From contig NC_058382.1 in the NCBI RefSeq assembly GCF_018350175.1, positions 58,344,001 to 58,408,000 on the forward strand: a stretch of DNA of 64,000 bases, given 5' to 3'. Positions 1 to 11,917 of the stretch are shown here, in pieces; positions within the stretch are counted from its first letter, which is position 1, and every line of letters starts with the position of its first letter. A program made the translations under genes and the position numbers. The notes below the pieces were generated by a model. The model searched no databases. It was not told the origin of the DNA and saw nothing but the letters and a program-made list of their open reading frames with translations. Source of the DNA: Felis catus (taxonomy: Eukaryota).

Positions 1-995
1 GTATTTTCGTGGAGACCCCCGTCTTTCACGACCTTGTGTCTTCCTGCCGCCCCTGCGAGACTTGGCTGCCGTCCGTCCAAAGTGGGGTCCTCTTCCAAAG
101 TGGGGTCCTGGGGTTCTGCATTCAATCCCATCATTAGAAAGGAACCGGGGGAGCTTTCCCCCGAACTTGGCGCTTACGACCTGATCCTTTGAAAATGTTG
201 TTTCCTCTAATTAGAGCCAAAGGGACATAAAATCATGACCTCCGTCCATGATCTCAGATAAGTGACCAAGATAGGACTTAACAGGATTTTTTTTTTTTTC
301 TACAGAATATAGGCTAAACACTTCATTGGCATTCACATTCTAATAGATTACATCCTTAAGGAAATTCCAAGAATACTTAGAGGAGCCCGCACTCTCGGCA
401 GCGGAGGATCCTAGTACAAGAAGGTCTGTACGAGGAATGGGTTTTCCTCCAGTAGCTCGATAAGACTGCCAAATCTCAAAAATCAGGCGCCCCCTTTCCC
501 CTCTGAGCGGTCTTCAAAGTAGAAAATTCCAGGGCTCCACCACAAGATGGAGATGGTCGGCACAAGCCAATTCTGTAACTCTTAGCTGTGTATTAGCCAC
601 TTAGCAGCGGAAATCTCCCGCACCCCACGGAAACCAGTACCTGACTTCTCCCGTCTTACAGTAGCCAGTCCCAACTTTTTGATCCAGCACTTAACTTAGA
701 CTCCTTCATTCTGCCTTGACCTGAGGAAGGCCACGCTGATTGGTTGTGTTACTTTGTATGTGCCCTGTGCTCACTTGCTAGAACAGTAAAACCAGTACAT
801 GGGAGGGAGGAGGGATGCCTCGGTCACTCTGGGGGCAGTTTAGATGCTGTGAAATTAAACCTGTTCTAAGTGTACTTGTTTGAATTAATTGTATTGTAAT
901 ATTATTTGTTGAATGTAGTAATTAGGTATTTATGAATATATTGCTGTAATTTCTGACAACATCCAAAAAAATAAAATCTTCCTAAATCATGTTAA
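1..995 (+). other. GSE1: Terminal part of a long 3' UTR of a plus-strand gene, probably GSE1
   Basis: Repeat-free, ends in an AU-rich block with several UGUA motifs (~870-950), AATAAA at 970-975 and a GU-rich element at ~1004-1018. Gene identity rests only on recalled synteny (GSE1 converges on GINS2); no coding sequence is in the window. Confidence 0.65.
970..975 (+). terminator. Polyadenylation signal AATAAA of the upstream plus-strand gene
   Basis: AATAAA with upstream TGTA motifs and downstream TCTGTTGTATGT. Confidence 0.7.
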
Positions 996-2067
996 GAGGC
1001 AAATCTGTTGTATGTCCTAATAGGGCCAAAAAAAAAAACAAAAAAAACAAAAAAAAACAAAAAAACCCAGCAGCCCAGCCATCTAGCTTTAGAGAAAGGT
1101 ATTAAGGGGTGAGGTCTGAGCTCTACAGGACTCCTGGCTCTCCCCAGTACCGTGCGGTTTCATTCCAGAAGAGTCCCCAGATGAAAAGGCAAGTCCTGTC
1201 ATCCGAAAGCAACCCTCTGAACTGTCCCCTTAAATGACAGACAGCAGTCTTCTCCGTGTCTGGCCCTTCAGTGCTCAGATAACAACCATTGGCTGTTTGT
1301 TGGAGGACAGCTGGGGAGCGATCTGGAACGGAGAAACAGTGCTTGAGTCACGTCAGGTGAGTTTGGGCTTTGAACACTAAAGGGCAAACACCAGAAGCTG
1401 TTCTTTCTGCTCAGCTGATCACGCGTGTAAAAGTGATCACTCCGAAAAGCCCGAGGGAGAGCAGGCTCCTGACCGTGCTACTATCCAAAGCCAGCTGGGT
1501 ACAGAACCTTCTATCCCTTGTATGCCTCCAAAGCATCATTTCTCCCCTCAAGGTAAGGTAATTTCTAGAGCGATTCTAAACCGCAATTGAAAGGTATTTC
1601 TCCTCGGAAAAGAAATGATCCTTCCTTGAGACACTGCCTCCAGCAAAGTCTCTCCTCTCCATCAAGGGCAGCAGCACAGGCCCTCCCAGAACAATGCCTT
1701 GAGCCTCGTCATGTGCCCCAGAGCACACAATCCATTTTTCCCACGCTTTAAGTTCTTAGTTCATGAATCTCCTTGTGAAAAGTCTACAGGGTCACCACAA
1801 GTCAAGTCCCTGCAGAACCTTTACTCCTTCCTTTGTCCCATCTCCAGCTTACTTAGGGCCGCCTTTCCCAGGCCCCGGACTTTCTTCATTCTGTTCTCCT
1901 AAGGCCTTTTCTTCTCATACGGGCCATGTCTTGCAAATCTGTGTCTGGGTTCATCTTTTCTTTGTATAATCAATCCAAGGAATCCTAAATCATGCCAAGG
2001 CCACATGTCCTGCCACCTCCAGAATGGCTTCTGAGTCCAAAGATGACCTCTGGTGTGGTCTTGCACG

Positions 2068-2241
2068 TTTTTTTAACTTTGAGAGCTTACGTGCACGCAC
2101 GCACACACACATGGCAAGTGGCAGAGAGAATCCCGAGCAGGCCCCATGCTGTCAGCGTGGAGTGCCACGCGGGGCTCAGACCCACAAACCAGGAGATCAT
2201 GTCGACTCAGACACTTAAGGTACTGAACCACCCAGGCGCCC
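2068..2241 (-). mobile_element. CAN-SINE between the two convergent poly(A) sites
   Basis: Reverse complement of GGGCGCCTGGGTGG head and SINE body. Confidence 0.85.
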
Positions 2242-2417
2242 GGCTGGCTTTCCTCCTGATAAGCAGCCCTGCACCTTAACCAGAAGTACCCAAGAGAACA
2301 GCCTGAAGATTACCCCTGATCTCCATTTGATCAGTCAGGCCATTTCAGCCATGGGACTTGCTCCCTTGGTAGTAATGCAGAAGAAAACCCCAGTGCAAGA
2401 ATTGGGCGGATTCCGTC

Positions 2418-2423
2418 TTTATT
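2418..2423 (-). terminator. GINS2: GINS2 polyadenylation signal AATAAA
   Basis: First AATAAA on the minus strand after the GINS2 stop (~485 nt), followed by GU-rich GGGGTTTTCTTCTG. Confidence 0.7.
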
Positions 2424-2907
2424 GGGCTCAGATGGTGAACTGTGTCCTCCTCTGTGAGCAAACTCAAGGAGAGGCTGAGTTTAGCCCAAGAGATCAGCGC
2501 TGGCCAAGAAAGGAAAGTCCTAGGCCACATCGCCACTCCTACCGTATCACTCTTTAAAACACAAAACATCACCGAACGCTCACCCACACGACAACCACCC
2601 GGGAGGCCGGAGGCTCTGCTAGGAAAGATCCCATGTTTCGCCAAAGCTGCTTTCTGCCCCCCGTAAAAGAACAGCTGGCTCCCAGAGACAGATGTGGAAT
2701 TCAAGTGTCTCGATGACTGAGCACGAACCTGTTGCTTTCCACCAATGTCACGAACCCATTCCTTGTTTGGGTACACAGTTTCTCAGGCGTTTAAAAACGG
2801 TTCTAGAACACTCCAGAAATCAGAGTGCCCCTACCACGTCTTGGGCACGCACACATACCACCTGGCACGCCTCCGGCCGGCCGTTCTTTACACATTCGGG
2901 TCTTTCT

Positions 2908-3033
2908 CTAGAAGTCTTGCGACTGGACGCTCTCCGAAGGTTGCAGGTTTGTACGGAGTTTGTACATGTGATTGAGCGCTTGTGTGAGGAAAGCCCCGCT
3001 GGTGTTGATTTCCATCAAGGTCAGGTTATCCAG
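2908..3033 (-). CDS. GINS2: GINS2 coding exon 5 (126 nt including TAG)
   Basis: Acceptor ttttag|[53 protein letters not shown] at 2910-2908. Confidence 0.96.
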   Translation of the reverse strand: MDNLTLMEINTSGAFLTQALNHMYKLRTNLQPSESVQSQDF

Positions 3034-3147
3034 CTAAAACGCAAGAGAGAACCGACTGGGTTGGTTGAGGAGTGTTTGATTTGAGAAAATGTAAAATCTA
3101 CTGAGAGGGGGCGTCCCTCCGCCCCGCCCCGCCCCCACCGCGCCCAC

Positions 3148-3274
3148 CTTGGCATGGGCCTCCTGCTGCCGCACGAAGCTATCCGCAGACACCCGCAGTT
3201 TGGCGATGCGAGTATCCCACACGTCCTTGATCAGGGTCCGGATCTCATCCGCTTTCGGGATGTTGTCTGAAGCA
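3148..3274 (-). CDS. GINS2: GINS2 coding exon 4 (127 nt)
   Basis: Acceptor ccctcag|T, donor AAG|gtgggc; [42 protein letters not shown]. Confidence 0.96.
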
Positions 3275-4399
3275 CTGAGGGAAGCAAATGTGAACAAAAT
3301 CACGTAAGGAAGCATTTGGTAGACTACAGACGGCAACATCTGGGGAGAAGTGGCCTTTACTTTTTCAGCAGGCTCCACACCCGAATGGGGAGCTCAAACT
3401 CCCCGCCCGCCCCACCCACTGAGCCAGCCAGGTGCCCTTCCAGGTAGAAGTGGCTGTTTAAAAACTGCTGCTTGGGCTCAGGGAAACACGAGCCGTTATA
3501 AATACAAAATGCGTTTCCCTTTGTTTTCAGTTTGAAGAGGTAGACGTTTCTGGCGGGTAAGCGGGGTGCCAAGAAAATTGAGCCACGATCCATCCGCACA
3601 AAGTTACTTGTGCTCATGTCAGCTGCCCCGCGGCAGGCCGCAGCGCGGGACCTTCGGAGAGTAAGCTGGAAGTCGGACATCCTCTGTCTCAGGGTAACGG
3701 AGCGTTCTGTGCCGTAGAATTTCCACCTTGAATGAAGTTGCTTCACGGGCTGGCTCAAAGGTCATGACTTCCGTGCTCACGCCTCCTCGTTTATCCAAGG
3801 GCTTACAACCCACCAGGGGAAGACGACAGCCCTGTGCCAGGCACTGGGCTCGCACCACAAAGCAGTTCTGGCCTCCCCAAAGCTCTGAAGGCTAGGGACG
3901 GTCCCAGTCCACAGAGAACACAAGTACGCTTACAGAAACCGAAGAAGAAACTGCGCATTAGCATAAACCCGGCAAACCTATATCCGGTGAATTCTGGGTA
4001 ACAGTTTGGAGCCAGCAAGGGTCAGCGTGACAGCCGTCCCGTTGGGAGCTAGATTTTCAACTAACCTTTGAAGGAGAAGACAAAAGAGAAGACGAAAGCA
4101 GAGGCCAACACCATCCGCCACCAGGCATGCTGGGAAAGCTGAAAGTAGCTTGTGATTAGCAGTGGAGAATCCGTGGTATAGAATCTACACGGTGGATTGG
4201 ATTGAAGACCCAAACATTTGGATCTGACGCCCTGAATAGCAGGTTAAGGAACAAAAGACTCCAGCTACTTTGTTAACTGAACTGCAGAACAAAGCTAAAA
4301 TTAGGGCCCCTGGCCGAATGAGTTACAAAGAATTCTCAAACAAGAGTTTCGATAGGAACCGCATACATAAGACACTGAACTTCAGAAACTAAACGTGTT

Positions 4400-4578
4400 G
4401 GGGCGCTGGGGTGGCTCAGTCGGTTGAGCATCCGACTCTTGATTTTGGCTCAGGGTCACGATCTCGTGCTGTGTGCGATCGAGCACGGCGCCTGCTTGGA
4501 ATCCTCTCTCCCCCTCTCTCTGGCCCTCCCCTGCCCGTGCTTGCTCAAAAAATAAAAAATAAAAAAACAAAAACTAAA
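4400..4578 (+). mobile_element. CAN-SINE
   Basis: GGGGCGCTGGGGTGGCTCAGTCGGTTGAGC head, CT-rich region, A tail. Confidence 0.9.
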
Positions 4579-4929
4579 GATGAGCAGGCCCCTCACCTCG
4601 GCGTCCGTATTTTCCTTTCCAAATCACCTTCTCTGCTGCCCCACGAGGCTCTCAGATCCGTCGGACACCCTCCCGGGGCCTCTGCAGCCCCAGAATAACC
4701 GCCCGGGCTCCCCTACCCTGCACACCTGCCCCAACAACTCTGCTTCCCCAAACATAACAGGTCCCTGCCTCCTACCTACAGCGTCCTCTCCTCTCGTCAA
4801 CTGTCCCTCGTTTTTCAAGCCAAGGATCCCTTCTCTGGCACCAGCAGGCGGCTGCATCCCGACATAACGGGAACGGCACTCCTCAGGCTGCCGGTCAACA
4901 GGCTCACACCGCTCGCCCACTGACTGGGC

Positions 4930-5220
4930 TTGTGAGCAGGGGACAGGCAGAGAGGAGAGCGAAACAAAGAATGCCACACCCCAACGTGGGGCTCGAACTC
5001 ACCAACTGTGAGTTTATGACCTGAGCCAAAATCAAGACGTGGACGCTTAGCTGACTGAGCCACCCAGGCGCCCCATGCTTTTGTTATTTATTTAATTTTT
5101 TGTTTTCAGAGAGCAAGCACGCAAGGGGGGGGGGGGAGGGACGGTGGAGGAGGGGGAGAGAGAGAGAAACTAAGGCCCCATGCTCAGCACAGGGCCCAAC
5201 TGAGCCACCCAGGTTCCCCC
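4930..5220 (-). mobile_element. Two CAN-SINE copies or fragments
   Basis: Heads CTGAGCCACCCAGG at ~5055-5074 and ~5200-5220. Confidence 0.8.
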
Positions 5221-5761
5221 CATTTTGCAGATCACATTCGAGTATCTCCCAAGTAAAACTCATCCACGCTTGCCTGCTCCCCTCTACTGACGTCATTCGT
5301 TCATTCAACAAACGTGTGCACCAGGCACCGTACTAGTGCAAATTAGTCCCTACCCATTCCCACTAGCACTGGGGTGGGGGTGGCAGGGCACGGCCACACG
5401 AGTGCCTACGAGACCACAGCTGACAAACGCCACGAGGCTACAGAGCTGCCGAGAGGACAGGCACACAGAACCTGTGAGAGAGCCCCGGTCGGGCTAAACC
5501 AAAGGAGGGAGCAGAGAACAGAGGGACCTACTGGACACAGGGAACACAGTACGGAAGCCCCGAGGACCCTGGAACGTGTGCAGAAGTGAGAGGCCGACGT
5601 GGGAATCAGAGGGAAGAAGGTGTAAGAGCCGTGAGAGAAGGCAGGAGGAGCCCAGGCTAGGCGGCGCTTTGCAAGCCGTAATCAGGACATCAGCCCAAAC
5701 CCCGGACAGGCTCCAAGGAACAGGGGAGTCCCAAGCCGCTCCGTCTTTAAAAGACTACTCT

Positions 5762-5955
5762 GGGGCGCCTGGGGGGGCTCAGTCGGCGAAGCGTCCGACT
5801 CTTGATGTCGGCTCAGGTCACGATCTCCTAGCTGTGAGATCAAGCCCCAGGTCAGGTTCCTTGCCCGGCGTGGAGCCTCCTTAAGATTCCGTCCCTGCCT
5901 CTGCCCCTCTTCCCAGCTCACTCACTCGCTTGCTCAGGGGGGAAAAAAAAAAAAG
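5762..5955 (+). mobile_element. CAN-SINE
   Basis: GGGGCGCCTGGGGGGGCTCAGTCGG head, A tail. Confidence 0.9.
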
Positions 5956-6463
5956 TTTTCCTCTTGAACAACAAAAAAGCAGCAGCCAACGGGGAGCCAG
6001 AACTGGACACAGGGCAACAAGAAGCGACTGCACTAGCGGGCTTTCATTACAGCTAGGGTTCCGAGCGAGCGCGAGCCCTCTGGCCTTTCCTGCGGAGGCC
6101 GTGCGAGAACTCCCGCGCACAAAGACCGAGGGGTAGAGCTTCACTCATAGAGCCCAGCTACGGTTAAGAACAAAGGCTGGAGAGGACAATGGAGGCTCAC
6201 ACCTGGGTCCAATGCCAAGTGACAGAGAGCCGAGGGACGGCCTAGGAGAGGGAGGGGTGGGAAGAGGAAAGGGAAAAGGAGGGAGCCCAGGCAAGGGTGC
6301 GTGCACACACACGCCTCCCGGATTACCGATCTGAGGAACCGGGTGGCCAGGGACGCCGCTGACCGCAGAGGTGAACGTGCGACAGGATAGGAGGGACAGG
6401 CCAGGGGAGGAGAATCACGAGTTGTATCCCACAGGTGGGCTCTAAGAAGGGAAATATACTTAC

Positions 6464-6563
6464 TGATTTAACAGGAGTTTGGTAAGTTCCATGTAGTAAG
6501 GGCTAGGCATAGGGGTAAATGTTTCTTCCTTTCGCTCGTGATCCCTAATCTTCTCCAACTTTT
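6464..6563 (-). CDS. GINS2: GINS2 coding exon 3 (100 nt)
   Basis: Acceptor atttcag|AA, donor TCA|gtaagt; (E)[32 protein letters not shown](H). Not in the ORF track. Confidence 0.96.
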
Positions 6564-7082
6564 CTGAAATTTAGAAGAGTATACGTTTTACCATCACCAC
6601 ACCCAGCGTATTTTTTAAGCCTTCCAAATGAACCAAATGTCTCTATTACCTATTCGATTAACTAACAAAAACATGAAGAAGAGGAAAACACTTTTTGGAA
6701 TAACACACCAGTCACCAGATGGTTCAGGGTCTATTTCCCCCAATATTTCTCTTATGGAAGGTCGTACATTTCCTTCACCGTTGCTGCTTTGGCCCGCAGG
6801 GTCTATTGCTGAAGAAAGGACGTCAGAGTTCTTAGGGAAAGAGCACAGCGTCCTGCCTTTGATGCACAAAGGGACCGGATGCTGGAGAAACTTACTTAGG
6901 CGTCTTCCAGAAGAGAGCAAGACGGCTCTACACCGCGGCCACTGCGGCCGGGGCGGGGGGCGGGGTGAGGACACTGGAGGGCTGGATGCTCGCAGCCGGA
7001 GTCACCCGGTGGAGCCCAGTCCCATCTCCCTGTCTCACTGGTCTGAGAAAGTCCTGAACCTGAACCGGCCACTGTTGCTAAA

Positions 7083-7084
<2 letters not shown>

Positions 7085-7125
<41 letters not shown>
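7085..7125. repeat. (AC)~20 microsatellite in GINS2 intron 2
   Basis: Perfect dinucleotide run. Confidence 0.97.
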
Positions 7126-7126
<1 letters not shown>

Positions 7127-7814
7127 CTATGCTGGGGGGTCTCGCTCTCAGTGGTGGCCCCCATTGTCCCCTGGTGCCATACTGCAGCCCAAAGTTCGAG
7201 CCTCACACTGGGTGTAAACATTCTCCCGACAGCAAACCATTTTTCCAAGAGTTAAACTTCCTTTCTTCGACCACTCAGGGGGGTGTGTATTCTACCCTTC
7301 CACCAACACAGCTCACCAAGACCCCCATAGCCTCTGCTCAGCCAAACCCAATGGTTCCATCTGTCCTCACATCTGACAAAGATCAAACCTCCTCAGGGCA
7401 GATTTATTATTTGATTTCTGGAACACCATGCTCTGAGTACTCTTGTCTCGCGGATTCTTCCAGGCCTTCCTGACCTCTCTCTCAACACTGGGAGATAGAG
7501 CTCAGTCCCCTGACCCCTTCGCCACCCAAACCACATCCCACGTGGCTTCATCCTGCCTCATTTAAATACCATCTAAACACTCCTGATGACCTGCTCATTC
7601 ATATCCCCACATCTCCCCTTCCCAAGCTCCCTGACCCAAGACTCCTGCTCACATGATTTATACCTGGATATCCAATAGGCACCTCCAGTGTAACATGGTC
7701 AAACCCCGCCTCCTGGTCCCCACATCGGCCCTCACGCTCCTGCAGTCTCCCCCAGCTCAGGGAACAGCACCTCCGTATCCTTCTGTAGTTCAGGCCAGCA
7801 ACCCTGGCAACCGT

Positions 7815-7997
7815 TTTTTTTGTTGTGGTTTTTAAGTTTACTTACTTATTTTGAGAGAGAGAGGGAATCCAAGAGGGTCCATACTGGCAGCACAGAGACC
7901 GAGGCAGGGCTTGAACTCAGGAACCGTGAGATCAAGACCTGAGCCGAAATCAAGAATCTGACGCTTACTTAGCCAACTGAGCCACCCAGGCACCCCC
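7815..7997 (-). mobile_element. CAN-SINE
   Basis: T-rich tail, head ...CTGAGCCACCCAGGCACCCC. Confidence 0.9.
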
Positions 7998-8090
7998 ACC
8001 CTGGCATCCACTCTTAACTCTCCTCTCAGATCCCACAGCCCGTCCTTCAGCAAATCCTGTGGATTCTTCCTTCAAAATACACCTAGGGGC

Positions 8091-8285
8091 GGGGCACCTG
8101 GGTGGCTCAGTCAGTTGAGCGTCCAGCTCTTGATTCGATTTCGGCTCAGATCGTGTCACAGTTTGTGGCTTTGAGCCCTGAATAGGGCTCTGCGCTGAGA
8201 GCGTGGAGCCTGTTTGGGATTCTGTCGCCCCCTCCCTCTCTGCCCCTCCCCTGCTCACACGCTCTCTCTCAAAATAAACAAACTC
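8091..8285 (+). mobile_element. CAN-SINE
   Basis: GGGGCACCTGGGTGGCTCAG head; TSD-like CAAA(A)TAC(A/G)CCTAG on both sides. Confidence 0.9.
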
Positions 8286-8459
8286 AAATACGCCTAGACT
8301 CCAACCACGAATGCCCACCTCCAGCAACTGGGCAAACTACTCTCAGCCTGGGTTACGCCTCACTGCCCTCGCCCCACGCACATCTTCTCCATACAGCTGA
8401 CTGATTCTCCTCCAGTATCTAAACCAGTATGAAACACCTCTGTTCAAACTCTGCAACGA

Positions 8460-8920
8460 GTCGAAAAGACTGACATCACCCAACGTTGGCCAGGATGCGG
8501 AACAGCGGGAGCTCTCCTACACTTCTGGCGGGATAAGTGACAGCCCAACCACTCTGGAGGGCTGGCTGACAGTTTTTTTACAAAGTTAAGCACAGTCTGC
8601 CCTGTGACCTGGCAATCTGCCACTCTTGGTATTTACCCAAGAGAATTAGAAACATAGATCCACAAAAAGACTTGGACAGGAATGTTCATAAGAGCCTCAT
8701 TAGCAATGGCCCCAAATGGGAAAGGCTCCAAACATCCGCCAACAGAACAATGGGTGACCGAACTGGAGTACTCCACCGTGAATGAAACACTGCTCGGCAA
8801 CAGAAGAATGACGTAATGGCATGTGCAACAGCCTTAAATAAGAGAAGTCAACACCTACCAGGTGATTCCGTTTAAAGGACACCCAAGAGCAGGTAGGACT
8901 CCGCTATGGCCGCGGAATCG
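8460..8920 (+). mobile_element. Ancient L1 (L1M-type) ORF2 end / 3' UTR fragment
   Basis: Diverged L1 phrases GTTGGCCAGGATGCGGAACAGCGGGAGCTCTC, CTCTTGGTATTTACCCAAGAGAA, GAATGTTCATA. Confidence 0.7.
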
Positions 8921-9943
8921 GAAGGCGGCCCGCTCCCGGGCCGAGCCTACTGACTAGTGCTGTTTCACTAGTACTCACCCCAGTGTGGCCTCGGCCAGTG
9001 AAAAAGCTCGGGTTAATGCCCTCCACACCTTCTCTGGCCCTGATGGGCCTGCGACAAGACAGCCTCTGCCCCCGTCACCTTGGGTCTGGATGGACCCAAA
9101 CTGCCGGAACAGGAGGTAGCACTAACAGAGCCAGACCTGGCAGCGTTCCCTGCTTTGGCAAGAGCCCCTCAGCAGAAGGAGCTGGGGGTTTCCCTTCGGG
9201 GCAGACCCACCAGGGCCGCCAGCCCCCACCTTTAGGACCGGAAGGAGAAGATGCCCACAGTCTTTCCGGAAGTGTACTTGACAGTGGCTGGCTCGGAGGG
9301 TCCTTGCTTCTAGGAGGGAGGTGCCCCCGAGTGATTCCCAATTGGCAGGGGATGATCAAAGTCACTCAGAGGCCGTTCACATTCCGTATGGACCCCCCAT
9401 TCCAAATAAAATGAATGTTCTTTGCTAGAATGAGCCGCTTTTGTCTCAGGGAGGAAAAAGACCGCAAAGGCTCAGGATGAAGCCTGGCTGCATTGTTGTG
9501 TCTCATCTTCTTTTTTCCTGAGGCATAATTAACGCACCATACAACTCACCCATTTAAAATGTACAATTCGACAGTTTTTAGTATATTCAGAGTTGGGTGT
9601 GATCTTTGGGTCTTTTTTTCGCTAGCATCACGTGTTCAAGGTTCATTCAGCTGTAGCATAACAGGTACTTCCTTCCTTGATGTGGCCAAATAATATTCCC
9701 TTGTTTGGGATGATGCATCATTTGCATGCATGCCCTACCATGTAAAAGGACTCTGAGCCACATGCTAGCCTATAGAAGTATTTTCTAAGTAAACCGTATC
9801 CCTGATGTGGGGCTAAAACTCACGACCCCAAGATCAAGCGCTGCATACGGAACCAGCTAGGGGCCCCAACAGAGTTACTTTTTAAAAGTCCCAAGAAATG
9901 CCCCTTCAACGTCGTAGGATAGTTTTAAATGTAAAGCAAGTTG

Positions 9944-10388
9944 AGGGGCACCTGGGTGGCTCAGTCGGTTGAGCGGCCGACCTCGGCTCGGGTCACGATC
10001 ACACGGCTTGTGAGTTCAAGCCCGCGTCGGGTCTGTGCTGACAGCTCAGAGTGTGGAGACTGCTTCAGATTTTGTGTTTCCGTCTCTCTCTGCCCCTCCC
10101 CTGCTCATGCCCTGTCTCTCTCTCTCTCTCAAAAATAAATTAAAAAAAATAAAGTTGAAATATCTGGGGCGCCTGGGTGGCTCAGTCGGTTAAGCGTCCA
10201 ACTTCACCCGGGGTCACGATCCCGCGGTCCGTGAGTTCGAGCCCCGCGTCGGCTCTGGGCTGATGGCTCAGAGCCTGGAGCCTGCTTCCGATTCTGTGTC
10301 TCCCTCTCTCTCTGCCCCTCCCCCGTTCATGCTCTCTCTCTGTCTCAAAAATAAATAAACGTCAAAAAAAAAAAATTAAAAAAAAAAA
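9944..10388 (+). mobile_element. Two tandem feliform SINEC_Fc copies (9944-10150, 10166-10388)
   Basis: Near-consensus ...GCTCAGAGCCTGGAGCCTGCTTC...GATTCTGTGTCTCCCTCTCTCTCTGCCCCTCCCC... with A tails. Confidence 0.92.
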
Positions 10389-10605
10389 GTTGTAGTATCT
10401 TACAGTCAAAACCTAAGCGAAAATTGGTATACATGCCTCAAACCAGCGTGACATTGGTAATAGCCATGCGCGAACTCTGCCGGGTGAGTCTCCAACCACT
10501 CATTAACTTCAGCTGATCAGCGGCTGGTGGCCTGCGTGGAAGGGGCCCCCTGCTTCCACCCGAAGGGCGGGGGTCACCCCAGCTCTGCTCCACCCACATG
10601 CTTAC

Positions 10606-10720
10606 CCACATCCATCCACTCAGGAGGAATCAGCCGACACTTCTGTCTTTGTTTCAGGTTAATCGCCAACCACAGAGGCACCTCCACCGGTAAGCCGGGG
10701 TTGAAAGGCCCCAGGTCCCC
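10606..10720 (-). CDS. GINS2: GINS2 coding exon 2 (115 nt)
   Basis: Acceptor ttttggtag|GGG, donor G|gtaagc; [38 protein letters not shown]. Confidence 0.96.
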
Positions 10721-11130
10721 CTACCAAAAGAAAATCGAGCCCCCCAGTAAGACAAAACAGGGCAACGAGCGACACCGGACCCCACTGCTGTCCAACAAGA
10801 GAAAGGGCGCCGCACAAGCCGAAACCCAAAGAAATCTAAAAGCCCAGCTGCGAACACAGACCCAGGGAGGCCGCTCCAAGCGAGGGAGCAGAACTGTGCT
10901 CACCTGCGCACACCTGGCCAGCCCACCGGGGCCGGTTTCGGGGAGGACGGGGAACAGCTGAGGGGCCGGGCCCAGCCCGCGGACTTGGTCTCTCCGGGCC
11001 CAGACTCACAACGTCGCCCCATCTGTTCGTCCCCTCGTCTCCTCGGCGTCCCTCGCCCTCCGTTCCCCCCTCTCGTATTCCGACCCCCGCCCCGCCTTAC
11101 TCCCCCCGGCCACTCAGGGTTCCCCCATGA

Positions 11131-11806
11131 CCACTCGGAGTCCCCCCACCCTGTACTCCCCCCCTCCCAGCGACCACTCGGCGTCCCCCCACCCTGTACT
11201 CGCCGCTCCCAGCGACCACTCGGCGTCCCCCCACTCCGTACTCCCCCCCCGCCACTCGGCGTCCCCCCACCCTGTACTCCACCCTCCCAGCGACCACTCG
11301 GCGTCCCCCCACTCCGTACTCCCCCCACGACCACTCGGCGTCCCCCCACCCTGTACTCCCCGCTCCCAGCGACCACTCGGCGTCCCCCCCACCCCGTACT
11401 CCCCCCCCCGCCACTCGGCGTCCCCCCACCCTGTACTCCCCCCTCCCAGCGACCACTCGGCGTCCCCCCACTCCGTACTCCCCCCTCCCAGCGACCACTC
11501 GGCGTCCCCCCACTCCGTACTCCCCCCACGACCACTCGGCGTCCCCCCACCCTGTACTCCCCGCTCCCAGCGACCACTCGGCGTCCCCCCACTCCGTACT
11601 CCCCCCCCCGCCACTCGGCGTCCCCCCACCCTGTACTCCCCCCTCCCAGCGACCACTCGGCGTCCCCCCACTCCGTACTCCCCCCTCCCAGCGACCACTC
11701 GGCGTCCCCCCCACCCCGTACTCCCCCCGCCCCCGCCACTCGGCGTCCCCTATCCCGTACTCCCCCGGCCACTCGGGGTCCGCACCCGTACTCCCCCCCG
11801 CCCCCG
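11131..11806. repeat. GC-rich minisatellite (VNTR), about 17 units of 33-43 bp, in GINS2 intron 1
   Basis: Core CCACTCGGCGTCCCCCC recurs at 11131, 11174, 11216, 11252, 11294, 11331, 11373, 11411, 11453, 11495, 11532, 11574, 11611, 11653, 11695, 11736, 11769 (first and last degenerate). Confidence 0.95.
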
Positions 11807-11917
11807 CACTCCTCCCCACTACTCGGCGAACTGGAGGCCAGGCGTCCGCAGAAGCTCCGGCACTAGGGCCTTTCTCAGGAGCTGGGGTCTGAGGCAAATG
11901 CCCGGCCCAGCCCTTAC

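Noticed and set aside
76..109. 18-bp tandem duplication TCCAAAGTGGGGTCCT in the 3' UTR (similar 16-bp duplication at ~51741-51778)
   Set aside because: Real but ordinary microduplications with no evident function.
4400..4470. tRNA-like A/B-box sequences at SINE heads throughout the window
   Set aside because: These are tRNA-derived CAN-SINE heads with SINE bodies and tails, not tRNA genes.
5288..5295. Second full CRE TGACGTCA in GINS2 intron 3
   Set aside because: Isolated, next to an L2-like end (TCATTCGTTCATTCAACAAA), no supporting motifs; compatible with chance.
6628..7473. 281-aa plus-strand ORF antisense in GINS2 intron 2
   Set aside because: Runs through an (AC)n microsatellite and degenerate repeat-like sequence; no recognisable domain or promoter.
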